Shown here: positions 8,828 to 17,879 of the stretch, one piece after another | Numbering within the stretch: position 1 is the stretch's first letter | Layout of the letters: every line of letters starts with the position of its first letter | From: Candidatus Latescibacterota bacterium | GTDB taxonomy: Bacteria > Latescibacterota > Latescibacteria > Latescibacterales > Latescibacteraceae | DNA length: 56,233 nucleotides | Assembly (NCBI GenBank): GCA_042572165.1 | Contig: JBHPFF010000003.1 | Coordinates: 1-56,233 of the forward strand | Reading direction: 5' to 3' | Position numbers and translations under genes: made by a program | Notes under the pieces: generated by a model | What the model saw: the letters and a program-made list of their open reading frames with translations, nothing else | Told to the model about the DNA's origin: nothing | Databases searched by the model: none

Positions 8828-10522
8828 TCACTCCCGCCACCTCTTCTTCTGCAGGGCAATATACCTCGGGTGCGAACGAATATTTTTATTACATAATTCA
8901 GCAAATCTGATAGATGGTCTTACGAGTCTATCAGGTTGCTCTTCATATGTCTTTTCAAACCAATCCATTGCCTTATCGAGTTCACCCCAATACGCATAAA
9001 TATGGGCTATTGTATCTGGATTAATGATTCCTTTTTTTGATTGCTCTATCAGTTCTTGGAGTATATTCTCAGCTTTCTCTTTTTCGCCTAAATCTATATA
9101 AATATATGCTATATATACCAAATACTCTTCCTTTTGTAGTTTAGCGAGTATCTGTTCCACTTTTGCTCTTTCCCCTGAGAGAGCATAGATGTTTCCCAAC
9201 GACCTTTCACCCCATGTGCTATCTTCTAAATTTTCTCTTGCGAGTTGAACCACTTCAAGAGCTTCATTATACTTACGTTGACTGATAAGTAACTCTAAAA
9301 ATTTATAATATAACCATCCATCAATTTCCGGAAATATCTCAATTCCTTTATAACATTCTTTTATGGCTTCATCATATCTGTCCAGATACAAATATGATAA
9401 TGCTATTCTATAATAATAAGATCGATCCAGTGGATCAAGCTCTTGTGCTCGTTTGAATTCTTCAAGAGCATCATTGTCACGCCCCATAATTTCTAAATGT
9501 TGGGCATAATAATATTGAGCTATTACAGAGTTAGGATTAAGCTCGACAGCACGTTTAAATTCTTTTCCGGCAGCAGGGAAATCGTTATCTATTTTCTGGC
9601 TGATCAATCCTAATGAAACATGAACCTCGGCAAGCGTGTCATCAAGATCAAGGGCTTTATCTACAGCTTCCTTTCCTTTTCTATATGCTTCTTCTATTGA
9701 CATATAGCCATAGTATCCCAATTCATGGTATGAATTGGCAATTCCTGTATAGGCAAGTGCAAAGTCAGAATCCTTTTCAACAGCCTTCTGGAAATTATCG
9801 AGACCCTTTCTTAACATTTCTTCTTGTTGCGATGAAGCACGCAGATTCCAGAAGTGACAACCCTGTAAATACAGTGCCCATGCTTCCGGATTTTCTGTTG
9901 GACGTTTTTCAATCGCTGCCTTCTCTTTTTCCAGAAGCTTAACTTTCAACGCTTCCACAATCCCCAGGGAGATTTCTTCCTGTATAGCAAACACATCTTC
10001 CAACTCACGATTATAGGCATCAGACCAGATATGGGATTCATCGGCAACATTTATAAGCTGTGCGGTGATACGTAGCTGATTGTCTGCTTTTCTAACGCTC
10101 CCTTCAAGTACAGTCTCTACGTTCAGTTCTTTCCCCACATCCTGGACTTTAACATCTTTACCTTTGAAGAAGAACGCTGAAGTGCGGGCAATAACACGTA
10201 AGCCCCCAACATTTGTTAGAGCATTAATTATCTCCTCTGCCATGCCATCACAGAAGTATTCCTGTTCCGGGTCATCACTCATGTTAACAAATGGCAGCAC
10301 GGCGATGGATGGCTTTTTTTCTATGATTTCTTCAGTAGTAGGAACAACCGTTTCAGTGAGTATTTCCTTTGTGCTATAATGCATATACAGCGCATAACCA
10401 ACAGCAATGACAGCAACAATTACTGCGACAACTAAAATAGTAATAGTGATGGTAGTAGTACGTTTTTTCTTTCTCAGCTTCAGTTGCTCAGCGGCAAAGG
10501 ATTTCTTAAGTGGTGATTGGAT
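8828..10522 (-). CDS. Membrane-anchored TolB-N-like (SIAVLPF) + TPR protein; start codon non-canonical or mutated
   Basis: SIAVLPFVNMSDDPEQEYFCDG, LEGSVRK, TPR array; SD GAGGTG 5 nt before in-frame ATC at 10522. Confidence 0.75.
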   Translation of the reverse strand: MQSPLKKSFAAEQLKLRKKKRTTTITITILVVAVIVAVIAVGYALYMHYSTKEILTETVVPTTEEIIEKKPSIAVLPFVNMSDDPEQEYFCDGMAEEIINALTNVGGLRVIARTSAFFFKGKDVKVQDVGKELNVETVLEGSVRKADNQLRITAQLINVADESHIWSDAYNRELEDVFAIQEEISLGIVEALKVKLLEKEKAAIEKRPTENPEAWALYLQGCHFWNLRASSQQEEMLRKGLDNFQKAVEKDSDFALAYTGIANSYHELGYYGYMSIEEAYRKGKEAVDKALDLDDTLAEVHVSLGLISQKIDNDFPAAGKEFKRAVELNPNSVIAQYYYAQHLEIMGRDNDALEEFKRAQELDPLDRSYYYRIALSYLYLDRYDEAIKECYKGIEIFPEIDGWLYYKFLELLISQRKYNEALEVVQLARENLEDSTWGERSLGNIYALSGERAKVEQILAKLQKEEYLVYIAYIYIDLGEKEKAENILQELIEQSKKGIINPDTIAHIYAYWGELDKAMDWFEKTYEEQPDRLVRPSIRFAELCNKNIRSHPRYIALQKKRWRE

Positions 10523-10590
10523 AATATCACCTCTTTTCGACAGGTGACTTGTGGGCAATATAGGTAAGGCGAATGTATCTATATGTGAAT

Positions 10591-10620
10591 ATAATATAGA
10601 TAGTTTATTGATTTTGTCAA
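10591..10620 (-). promoter_or_regulatory. Putative sigma70 promoter of the TolB-TPR gene
   Basis: TTGACA at 10620-10615 then TATATT (16 bp) or TATTAT (18 bp). Confidence 0.5.
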
Positions 10621-10791
10621 GCTCATAAAATAATAGTACAAATGGCTGTGATAAACACCTCTGAGGGCACGACCTCACCTTGAAGCATATCCCTTACCTC
10701 TATACACATGATAAACTTCCCTCATAAGGCGTGCAGTTTTCTCTTTACATACACTGAAAATCACGTTATATCTACATTGTGAGGGAACTGA

Positions 10792-10899
10792 AACTACTCT
10801 GTAACATGGAACGCAAAGGGAATGCCGAGCGGGCTGTATTTCTGCACTCTTAATGCGAATGGCTTCACTGAGACGAGAAAGATGGTGTTGGTGAAGTAA
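10792..10899 (+). pseudogene. Orphan 3' end of a T9SS type-A/FlgD-like C-terminal sorting domain
   Basis: NYSVTWNAKGMPSGLYFCTLNANGFTETRKMVLVK*. Confidence 0.8.
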
Positions 10900-10903
10900 G
10901 AAC

Positions 10904-10941
10904 TTTAACTGTAAGTGTCCAGAATGTTTTGACGACATACA
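10904..10941 (+). mobile_element. IS3-like right end stub
   Basis: TTTAACTGTAAGTGTCCAGAATGTTTTGACGACATACA, reverse complement of 7078-7115 with 2 mismatches. Confidence 0.7.
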
Positions 10942-11262
10942 GTTGTGACTGAAATATTATCAGATTAAACTTGAACTTATTTTATATATAAAATAGATTA
11001 TATAGTTGATTCACAGCAATATTTTTTATGTTTGACAGTTTTATTTAGGGTATATAACTTCTTTAATTGAATTTAATTCCCTTTGCAAGTGATGTGTTGG
11101 TATGTCCAATAAAAGACAGGTGTCGATTTCATTTTCGATCCATGTCATATGATTAAATATTTTTTGTTGTATTTTCTGTTGTGAAAATAATTTTACTAAA
11201 GAATCCACTTTTCACCTCACTGTATGATTAACATTTTAGAATTAAAAAGATATAAATAATTG

Positions 11263-11332
11263 TTAGGTATCACTGTGAGGTTCGAAGGAATTATTGTTTA
11301 TGTTGGTTTTCCCGAATCACAGTGATACCTAA
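11263..11332. repeat. Perfect 16-bp inverted repeat (long hairpin)
   Basis: TTAGGTATCACTGTGA 11263-11278 / TCACAGTGATACCTAA 11317-11332. Confidence 0.85.
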
Positions 11333-11618
11333 TTTATTTTACAAAATGCAAAATATGTGCCATCAGTGCTCCAAATCTTTTATACTTCCATAACATATTT
11401 AAAGACAGTGGATTATGAGATTATTATGTGAGCGATTTATTGATTATAAAAATCATGAAAGTTTTAAAATGTCAAGTTAATGGAAAAAATGTCCGAATTA
11501 TCAAACAATAATTTGATTTTTTCAGTACTTTTCGATGGACAATTAATCATACTATTCTCATGCAAACGATGGTATAAAGAGAATTGTGAAATCTATCATT
11601 GCAGAAATCTGATAAGCT

Positions 11619-11671
11619 ACTCTGGAAGCAAGTGGATTTGTGAGACGAGGAAGATGGTGTTGGTAAAATAA
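11619..11671 (+). pseudogene. Orphan frameshifted 3' end of a C-terminal sorting domain
   Basis: TLEASGF/ETRKMVLVK*; duplicate of 6452-6505. Confidence 0.7.
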
Positions 11672-11699
11672 CTGCAAAATGGTACATAAACATAATCTT

Positions 11700-11827
11700 T
11701 CATGAATTTGATATGGGGAATGTCGGTAAAAATACTTGCAAAAAGAATTTGGAAGCGGTAAGATTTGTATATCGGCAAGATAATGGAATATTATGACTAA
11801 TCATGAATTTGATATGGGGATTATCGT
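11700..11827 (+). mobile_element. Two tandem IS1380-family right ends
   Basis: IRR copies at 11700-11726 (..GATATGGGGAATGTCGG) and 11801-11827; 11731-11827 is homologous to 251-346. Confidence 0.75.
11736..11764 (+). promoter_or_regulatory. Putative outward-facing sigma70 promoter inside the IS1380 end
   Basis: TTGCAA-17bp-TAAGAT; equivalents at 256-283 (+) and 16143-16116 (-). Confidence 0.5.
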
Positions 11828-11925
11828 TTATACTAAAAAAGCCCGAATTTATACTCAGGTACTTGTTACAATGGCTTAAAAAATTAGAGTGACTACACGG
11901 AAAGTATAAGCGAGGTATGTAATTA

Positions 11926-13131
11926 ATGCTAGGGATTTTTGTTGGCAGACAACCGATCTATGACCGTAACCTAAAAGTTATTGGTTACGAGCTTCTCTTT
12001 CGCAATTACGAAACTGAACAAGCAACGATAACTGATGGTGATCAGGCAACTACCCAAGTGATCCTGAACACATTCATGGAAATAGGACTCGAACGGCTTA
12101 TTGGGAGTGGAAAGGCATTCATCAACCTGACACGTAATTTCTTTCTTGAGAAATATCCCCTTCCCTTCCTTCGGGATCGTGTAGTTCTGGAAGTTTTGGA
12201 AGATATTATCCTCGATGAAGAACTGATAGCGGGCGTTCGCGCTCTTTCGGACAGTGGCTTCACTATTGCTCTGGATGATGTCGTTAATCCTGAAGATATA
12301 ATACCGTTACTTGATATAGCCGATATTGTCAAGCTGGACATTATCGCTTTGGAACTGGACCGTCTTCATGAATACGTTAATATTCTCAGGAAACACAATG
12401 TTAAGCTGCTTGCCGAAAAGGTCGAGACGTTGGAAATTTTCAAACTCTGCAAGGAGCTCGGATTCGATTATTTTCAGGGATTTTTTCTCTCGAAACCTCA
12501 TGTGGTAAAGGGACAAAGGATACCTGAATCACGTTTGTCTATTATACGTCTCCTCTCGAAGATCAAGACTCCGGACATAACGTTCAAGGAAATAGAAGAG
12601 CTCATCAGCCAGGATGTGTCACTGAGTTATAAACTTCTCCGCCTCATCAACTCTTCTTTCTATGGGCTGCACACAAAAATTACATCGATTCACCAGGCCG
12701 TAACGCTTCTCGGTATAAAGCACATCCAGAACTGGGTACAACTGATTTTCCTGTCAAAGATAGAAGACAAACCACGTGATCTCATGGTTACCGCTATGGT
12801 GAGAGCGAAGATGTGTGAGCTCATTTCCGAGTCTCTTGAGGAAGAGCTTGCGGAGATGGGTTTTATCGTTGGATTGTTTTCTGTTTTAGATGCCCTTCTG
12901 GATATGCCACTGGAAGAGGTTATAACCTCTCTACCCTTTTCCGATGATATCACGAATGCCCTTTTACGGCATGAAGGCCCCCTCGGTAGTGTTTTACACT
13001 GCGTCCTGGCATATGAAAAAGGTGAATGGGATGAAGTTTTGTGTCCCGACAATAAACCCGAAGTAGTCAGTGACGCTTATTTGAAGTCACTTGATTGGTC
13101 CGCTGAGGTCAGTTTACTCCTGGAAGAGTGA
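11926..13131 (+). CDS. EAL + HDOD domain c-di-GMP phosphodiesterase (YuxH/PdeH-like)
   Basis: RQPI, YELLFR, ALDD, AEKVET, FQGFF; HDOD part LSYKLLRLINS, VGLFSVLDA. Confidence 0.92.
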   Translation: MLGIFVGRQPIYDRNLKVIGYELLFRNYETEQATITDGDQATTQVILNTFMEIGLERLIGSGKAFINLTRNFFLEKYPLPFLRDRVVLEVLEDIILDEELIAGVRALSDSGFTIALDDVVNPEDIIPLLDIADIVKLDIIALELDRLHEYVNILRKHNVKLLAEKVETLEIFKLCKELGFDYFQGFFLSKPHVVKGQRIPESRLSIIRLLSKIKTPDITFKEIEELISQDVSLSYKLLRLINSSFYGLHTKITSIHQAVTLLGIKHIQNWVQLIFLSKIEDKPRDLMVTAMVRAKMCELISESLEEELAEMGFIVGLFSVLDALLDMPLEEVITSLPFSDDITNALLRHEGPLGSVLHCVLAYEKGEWDEVLCPDNKPEVVSDAYLKSLDWSAEVSLLLEE

Positions 13132-13169
13132 TAAAAATACACAATTATTTATAATTGAAGTTAATGACT

Positions 13170-13439
13170 TCATATATCCTCATTTATACTGCCAAGCAAA
13201 TGAGAATCGAGGTTTTCACGCAATTCGATCTCGTTAAGCAAGGCTTTTACTGTTGCTTTTGAGGTTTTACTTTTATCAGAAAATAATTTTTCTACTAACC
13301 TTATTTTTTCAGGTTTTTCTTTAGATACAATAGTTTCAAGTGTATTTTTTAAATCAGTATGATAGAATGGGAGAGGTTTTAATTCTGGATGATTTGAAAT
13401 TTCATACAGATGTTCTGGATTATTGGAAGCATTTTTCAT
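13170..13439 (-). pseudogene. Probable truncated hypothetical gene
   Basis: 89-aa protein-like ORF with an abrupt end, next to an IS stub at its 5' side. Confidence 0.4.
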
Positions 13440-13532
13440 TCTTAAGTGGTAAATGGAGAGATTTAAAAGGTTTGTATAAGGATAGGTGAAAACAGTTGAT
13501 TCAGTTCAATGTATACCATATTTTCTAATTTG

Positions 13533-13561
13533 AAGTGTCCAAAATGTTCTGAAGATGTACA
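13533..13561 (+). mobile_element. IS3-like terminal repeat stub
   Basis: AAGTGTCCAAAATGTTCTGAAGATGTACA matches the family terminus. Confidence 0.6.
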
Positions 13562-13701
13562 GTATTCGACTTCAGCACATTTGGATTAAATTGTACATTA
13601 TGGTATTTGGCTATGGTTTCTTGCAATAACCTACTTTCAGGGGTAAAAAGTAACCGCAACCGACACCATGTTCCCCTACCTCCATGTCATTGATGTAATC
13701 G

Positions 13702-13977
13702 AACTGGCTTTTTCCTTTAGTACGACCTAAAAACAAAATTTCAATGCCGTGTGCGCTTCACTTGATATCAAATCCGCCCCACCATACATAAGCATACCGG
13801 TGTCCCCAGAGGTTAACGGGGGTAGCTTGATGCTTAGGAGTAATGGTGTTAAATCCGCATATCACATGTGTTAACTGTGAAAAGAAAAATGCCGAACATG
13901 TGAAGAATATTCTTACACTTGCCGGCAAAAAATTAAGCTGTAACCATTGGAGGATCAGAGCAAATTTACATATTAGA
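13702..13977 (+). repeat. Dispersed repeat family R, copy 2 (A + core + B)
   Basis: Shares 13702-13838 with 3526-3663 (inverted) and 13799-13977 with 16274-16465 (direct). Confidence 0.9.
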
Positions 13978-13979
13978 TA

Positions 13980-14828
13980 TTACCTCATTATCTCAGAAAG
14001 CTGCTCGGCATCATGAAATGCCACGGCTACCATCTCACGAACATTTTCTTCATTCATGCTGTATTTCTTGACACATATTCCCACGAGTTTCTCCATGGCA
14101 TCCTCATCATCACCTTTCAAATAAGATACAAGTTCAACTGCAGGTTCGATTTCCACATCTGTATCCTGACTATGGTGTCCGTAAATCGCCCTGATCAAAT
14201 ATTCGGGCAAATCCCAGTTTTCAGCTATCAGCGCTCCTGCAAATGAATGATCATATCCAAGTACATCTTTCTCTATTTCACTTAAATCGACACTTTTATC
14301 TATGTTCCAACGCTCAAAAATCATTTTGTATTCTTTCGGCCTGACCACTACAAGGATTGGCAAAGCCATATCCAGGAGTAGTCCAGTTGTAAAAGACTCT
14401 ACCTGTGTAGCAGGATGAAGCTGGTTGGCAAGAACACGTGCGAGACTGGCTCGCTGAGCGGAGATAAGCCAGAACTGCCTCATATCGAAAAACGGCATCT
14501 CAACCTTGGGAAGCGTGCTGTTAACCGCCTGAGAAAGTACAATTGTTTCCAGACGGGAACGTCCGAGAAGAGTAACAGCATGATGAACATTGCTCACCCT
14601 AGTCGTCAGGCCGAATGCAGCTGAATTAACCGTTTTAAGCACCTTAACATGTAAACCCGGATCCCCCTCGAGCTGTTTTGCCACCTCTTTCATCGAGAAA
14701 TCGGGATTTCTCAGGGCAGTCAGTATACTCATCACTGCAGAAGGGAAACTTGGCAGTTCATAATTGCCGAGTATTTCTTCGAGCTCAGCCTTCGGATTTT
14801 TTTTACGTTTACGGAAAAAACTTAGCAT
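13980..14828 (-). CDS. Stand-alone HDOD domain protein
   Basis: LPSFP, DPGLHVKVLKTVNSAAFG, GLLLDM, E..VLGYDH, WDLP, HH; probable ATG at 14828 with GAGG. Confidence 0.9.
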   Translation of the reverse strand: MLSFFRKRKKNPKAELEEILGNYELPSFPSAVMSILTALRNPDFSMKEVAKQLEGDPGLHVKVLKTVNSAAFGLTTRVSNVHHAVTLLGRSRLETIVLSQAVNSTLPKVEMPFFDMRQFWLISAQRASLARVLANQLHPATQVESFTTGLLLDMALPILVVVRPKEYKMIFERWNIDKSVDLSEIEKDVLGYDHSFAGALIAENWDLPEYLIRAIYGHHSQDTDVEIEPAVELVSYLKGDDEDAMEKLVGICVKKYSMNEENVREMVAVAFHDAEQLSEIMR

Positions 14829-14838
14829 ATGATCTGCC

Positions 14839-15864
14839 TCAATCGGCTCTACGGGCAATCTTGTTACTGAAAATAGAAAGAAGCCCTCCGAGCATCATAT
14901 ATCCGGAAATTACCTCCAGCATAGCTACAATCTGTCCTCCGAGTGATGCGGGTTGTACATCGCCGTATCCGAGCGTTGTTAATGTTACAACACTATAATA
15001 GAAAGGAGAGAGCCAGGTTGGATGATTTCCGTAATCAATCTCAACAAGTGAATAAAGCCATCCAAAGAAACATGCAAGTAATCCAATCCAGATACACCAC
15101 CTGAGCATGCTTCTCCCGCAGTCGCTTGTCAGCCACCAGAGATAATAAAGAGCACTGGTTACACGGTTTGCCTCACGGAACTCCTTGATAAAATTCTGAT
15201 CCTGTATAAACCGTCTGAGCCTGTAAGCTCCTGCAAAATTGACATTTCTAACATCAACGCCAATCCAGTTAGCTTTCTCAAAACCATGAACAGCCCGTAA
15301 TCGTGCCTCACGCATGTCAGCATTACTGAATGATGCGCCAGAAACATTGCTCAAAGATAAATCTGTAGATCGAAGATCAGCATTTGTCAGGTCGGCACCG
15401 GACAAATTTGTTTCACGAATTCTGGTGTCACGCATAAAGGCGTTGCGGAGATCAGCACCCTCAAGGTCAGCAAGGCTGAGTGTGGCGCCCTCTAAATTGC
15501 ATCGGAAAATATTTGCCTGCTTCAGATTGGCCATACCAAGTCCGACATGTTTTGCATTAGCCTCTTCGAGTACGGCCTTTGACAGATCAGCCCCTGTCAA
15601 TTCTGCACCTTCCAAGGTTGCTCTCATAAGCGTGACTTTTTGGAGATTTGACTTAAATAATTTTGCTCCGGTAAGGTTGGTTTCGGTTAAATCTGCCCCT
15701 GAAATATCTATCATTGATAAATCCATTCCGCTGAGATCCCTGCCTGCCAGGGAAATGCCGCTCAGGTCAAGGGGTTTTTGAGTGACAGATTTACGTCCCT
15801 CTTTAATATCCTTGAGCAGATTGTATACTTCATCACTTCGGTGAGGGAGTAAATTGTTTTCCAT
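14839..15864 (-). CDS. Pentapeptide-repeat protein fused to a 2-TM potassium channel pore
   Basis: Long A(D/N)LXX repeat tract; TLTTLGYGD filter between two TM helices (start 15864 or 15885). Confidence 0.88.
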   Translation of the reverse strand: MENNLLPHRSDEVYNLLKDIKEGRKSVTQKPLDLSGISLAGRDLSGMDLSMIDISGADLTETNLTGAKLFKSNLQKVTLMRATLEGAELTGADLSKAVLEEANAKHVGLGMANLKQANIFRCNLEGATLSLADLEGADLRNAFMRDTRIRETNLSGADLTNADLRSTDLSLSNVSGASFSNADMREARLRAVHGFEKANWIGVDVRNVNFAGAYRLRRFIQDQNFIKEFREANRVTSALYYLWWLTSDCGRSMLRWCIWIGLLACFFGWLYSLVEIDYGNHPTWLSPFYYSVVTLTTLGYGDVQPASLGGQIVAMLEVISGYMMLGGLLSIFSNKIARRAD

Positions 15865-16052
15865 TCCATTAACTCTTATAAACAATATGATAAGATTTTT
15901 TACTGAATTTTGACTGCGAAAGATAATCTGAAATGTATTTAATACATATAAACTAACAATTCATATAAGTTTTTTCAGCTTACTATCACCGCTTTTTTCA
16001 GGTTTACAGTGAGTTCCATTAATCACTTTACATGTGTGTGTTTTTATTTTAC

Positions 16053-16242
16053 CCTGGATTTCCCAAATTAAATTCATGAGTAGCTAAAATTCTCAACAAT
16101 CTTATTGATAAATCAATATTACCCCTTCCAAGTTCTTTTACAAGTATTTTTTGCATCGCAATCGTTCTATCCGAGACAATATCTTGGCAAACAACCTTTC
16201 GTCAATTGCAACCTCAGCCATCTGAAACGTCATGAATCTGCT
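16053..16242 (-). mobile_element. IS1380-family right end with transposase C-terminus
   Basis: SRFMTFQMAEVAIDERLFAKILSRIERLRCKKYL* followed by a degenerate IRR at 16053-16079. Confidence 0.85.
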
Positions 16243-16273
16243 AAGTCTGACTATCCTACAATTCAATTCCGCT

Positions 16274-16465
16274 GGTGTCCCCAGAGGTTAACAGGGGTAG
16301 CTTAGGGGTAGCTTGATACTTAGGAGTAATGGCGTTAAATCCCGCATATCACATGTGTTAACTGTGAAATGAAAAATGTCGCACATGTGAAGGAAAATCT
16401 TACACTTGCCGGCAAAAAAGTTATGCTGGTATCATTGGAGGATCAGAGCAAATTTACATATTAGA
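16274..16465 (+). repeat. Dispersed repeat family R, copy 3 (core + B)
   Basis: Direct repeat of 13799-13977 with an internal 11-bp tandem duplication AGGGGTAGCTT (16293-16314). Confidence 0.9.
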
Positions 16466-16480
16466 CCAGATATACAGCAG

Positions 16481-16521
16481 AAAAAAGATACGGGGCTTGA
16501 GAAAACAGATTTCCCAAGCCC
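16481..16521 (-). terminator. Putative intrinsic terminator of the DHH gene
   Basis: GGGCTTG/CAAGCCC stem followed by a T tract on the minus strand. Confidence 0.5.
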
Positions 16522-16531
16522 TCTGTACAAG

Positions 16532-17452
16532 CTATCCGTCAGCTCTTATGAGATCAACTATTTCTTTCAGAACCCGCTCCCAAACCTCGTACGGGAGTTG
16601 GCAGGTTCCCACTTTCTTATGTCCCCCACCGCCGTACTTGAGCATGAGCTTGCTGATATCTGTTTTGCTGGTACGGTTTAAGATACTGTGCCCGCAGGTA
16701 AAAACAACGTTTTGCTTTTCCTTGCCCCACATCACTCGGATCTCAATGTTCTGTTCAGGATAGAGTGCGTAAATAATAAATCGGCTGCCGCAGTAAATCG
16801 TTTCTTCGTTCATCAGGTTTGTGACGATAACATTCCCCTGAATTTGGCTGCAGCGCTTAAGCATGTCTTTATTGAGTTCTTTATGCTCGTTGTAGCGGTT
16901 TACTCGTTCCTGAACGTCAGGAACCTGAAAAATTTCTTCCACCGTCTTTGAGCGGCAGTACTGAATCATATCCTCCATTAACTTGTAGTTGCTGATTTGG
17001 TAGTCTTTGAACCGTCCAAGACCAGTACGGGGATCCATGATAAATGAAAGCAGAATAAAACCTTCAGGATTTAATATCTCTTCCCTGGTCAGGTTCCCGG
17101 AATCGCTTTTGTTTACCGCTTCAAGAAGTGGAAGTAAATGCTCACCGAATGTTTCCTTGCCGCCATAATAATCCCAGATCACCTGGGCGGCACTCGGTGC
17201 TGGACGGCAGTCTCCCTCGAAACTTAGTTTTTCAATCTCGAGGCGCTCTTCTTCGCTCGCATGGTGATCAAACCAAAGCCCACAGCCGGGGATATAAGGA
17301 ATATTGGCCAATATGTCATTGGTCGTAACCACCACTTTTCCTGCCTGGACATCTTTCGGGTGAATGAAGCTGTACTCATCAACAATACCCTTCTCGACCA
17401 GGAGCACAGCAGACGCTAATCCATCGAAATCAGAACGAGTCAAAAGTCTCAT
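16532..17452 (-). CDS. DHH-family phosphoesterase (exopolyphosphatase/nanoRNase-like)
   Basis: TRSDFDG, FDHH, GGGGH motifs; SD GGAGG before ATG 17452. Confidence 0.88.
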   Translation of the reverse strand: MRLLTRSDFDGLASAVLLVEKGIVDEYSFIHPKDVQAGKVVVTTNDILANIPYIPGCGLWFDHHASEEERLEIEKLSFEGDCRPAPSAAQVIWDYYGGKETFGEHLLPLLEAVNKSDSGNLTREEILNPEGFILLSFIMDPRTGLGRFKDYQISNYKLMEDMIQYCRSKTVEEIFQVPDVQERVNRYNEHKELNKDMLKRCSQIQGNVIVTNLMNEETIYCGSRFIIYALYPEQNIEIRVMWGKEKQNVVFTCGHSILNRTSKTDISKLMLKYGGGGHKKVGTCQLPYEVWERVLKEIVDLIRADG

Positions 17453-17516
17453 TAATCTACCTCCTTGAGGAGCTTGTGAAAAGGAATTAACATCCCTCAC
17501 CTTAAAAAGTATAAAA

Positions 17517-17870
17517 CCTACATTCCCCATATCAAAATCATGAGGGCTAATTACTTCGAATTATTCATTCAACAAGTTCAAATTATTATATTTGTACAAT
17601 TGAAACAAGCTTTTTCCTTCGAAAGAGTCGAATAAGTTGGGATACATGTAATGGATTGCTCTGAAGATCACCACTTAGAGACAGCTATCCCCAGTTTTAA
17701 TCCAAAAGACTCTATTTTAACAGGCACAGCATCGCAATCGTTCTATCCGAGACAATATCTCGGCAAATAACCTTTTGTCTATCGCAACCACAGCCATCTG
17801 AAGCGTGATATATCTGCTGTGCCTGACAACCTTCGTTCCAATTTTGATGAGCTTTACGAGCAGACTGGTG
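17517..17870 (-). mobile_element. IS1380-family right end with transposase C-terminus
   Basis: LLVKLIKIGTKVVRHSRYITLQMAVVAIDKRLFAEILSRIERLR (stop 17717); IRR CCTACATTCCCCATATCAAAATCATGA at 17517-17543. Confidence 0.88.
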
Positions 17871-17879
17871 TTGATGTAA

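Noticed and set aside
8828-10678. 616-aa version of the TolB-TPR protein
   Set aside because: The first 52 codons run through promoter-like DNA; the SD points to 10522.
7078-10941. Composite transposon bounded by the inverted IS3-like ends
   Set aside because: The flanks (AGTGAT left, GTTGTG right) show no target-site duplication and both termini are right-end type.
11480-11671. 63-aa ORF as a real gene
   Set aside because: Only the last 9 codons are meaningful (sorting-domain tail); the rest looks like non-coding spacer.
13702-16465. Diversity-generating retroelement TR/VR pair or group II intron
   Set aside because: Differences include C/T changes and indels rather than adenine-specific ones; no reverse transcriptase; GTGCG at about 13751 has no domain V partner.
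17453-17530. N-terminal extension MGNVG.. of the DHH protein
   Set aside because: It starts inside the IS1380 IRR; a strong SD supports 17452.
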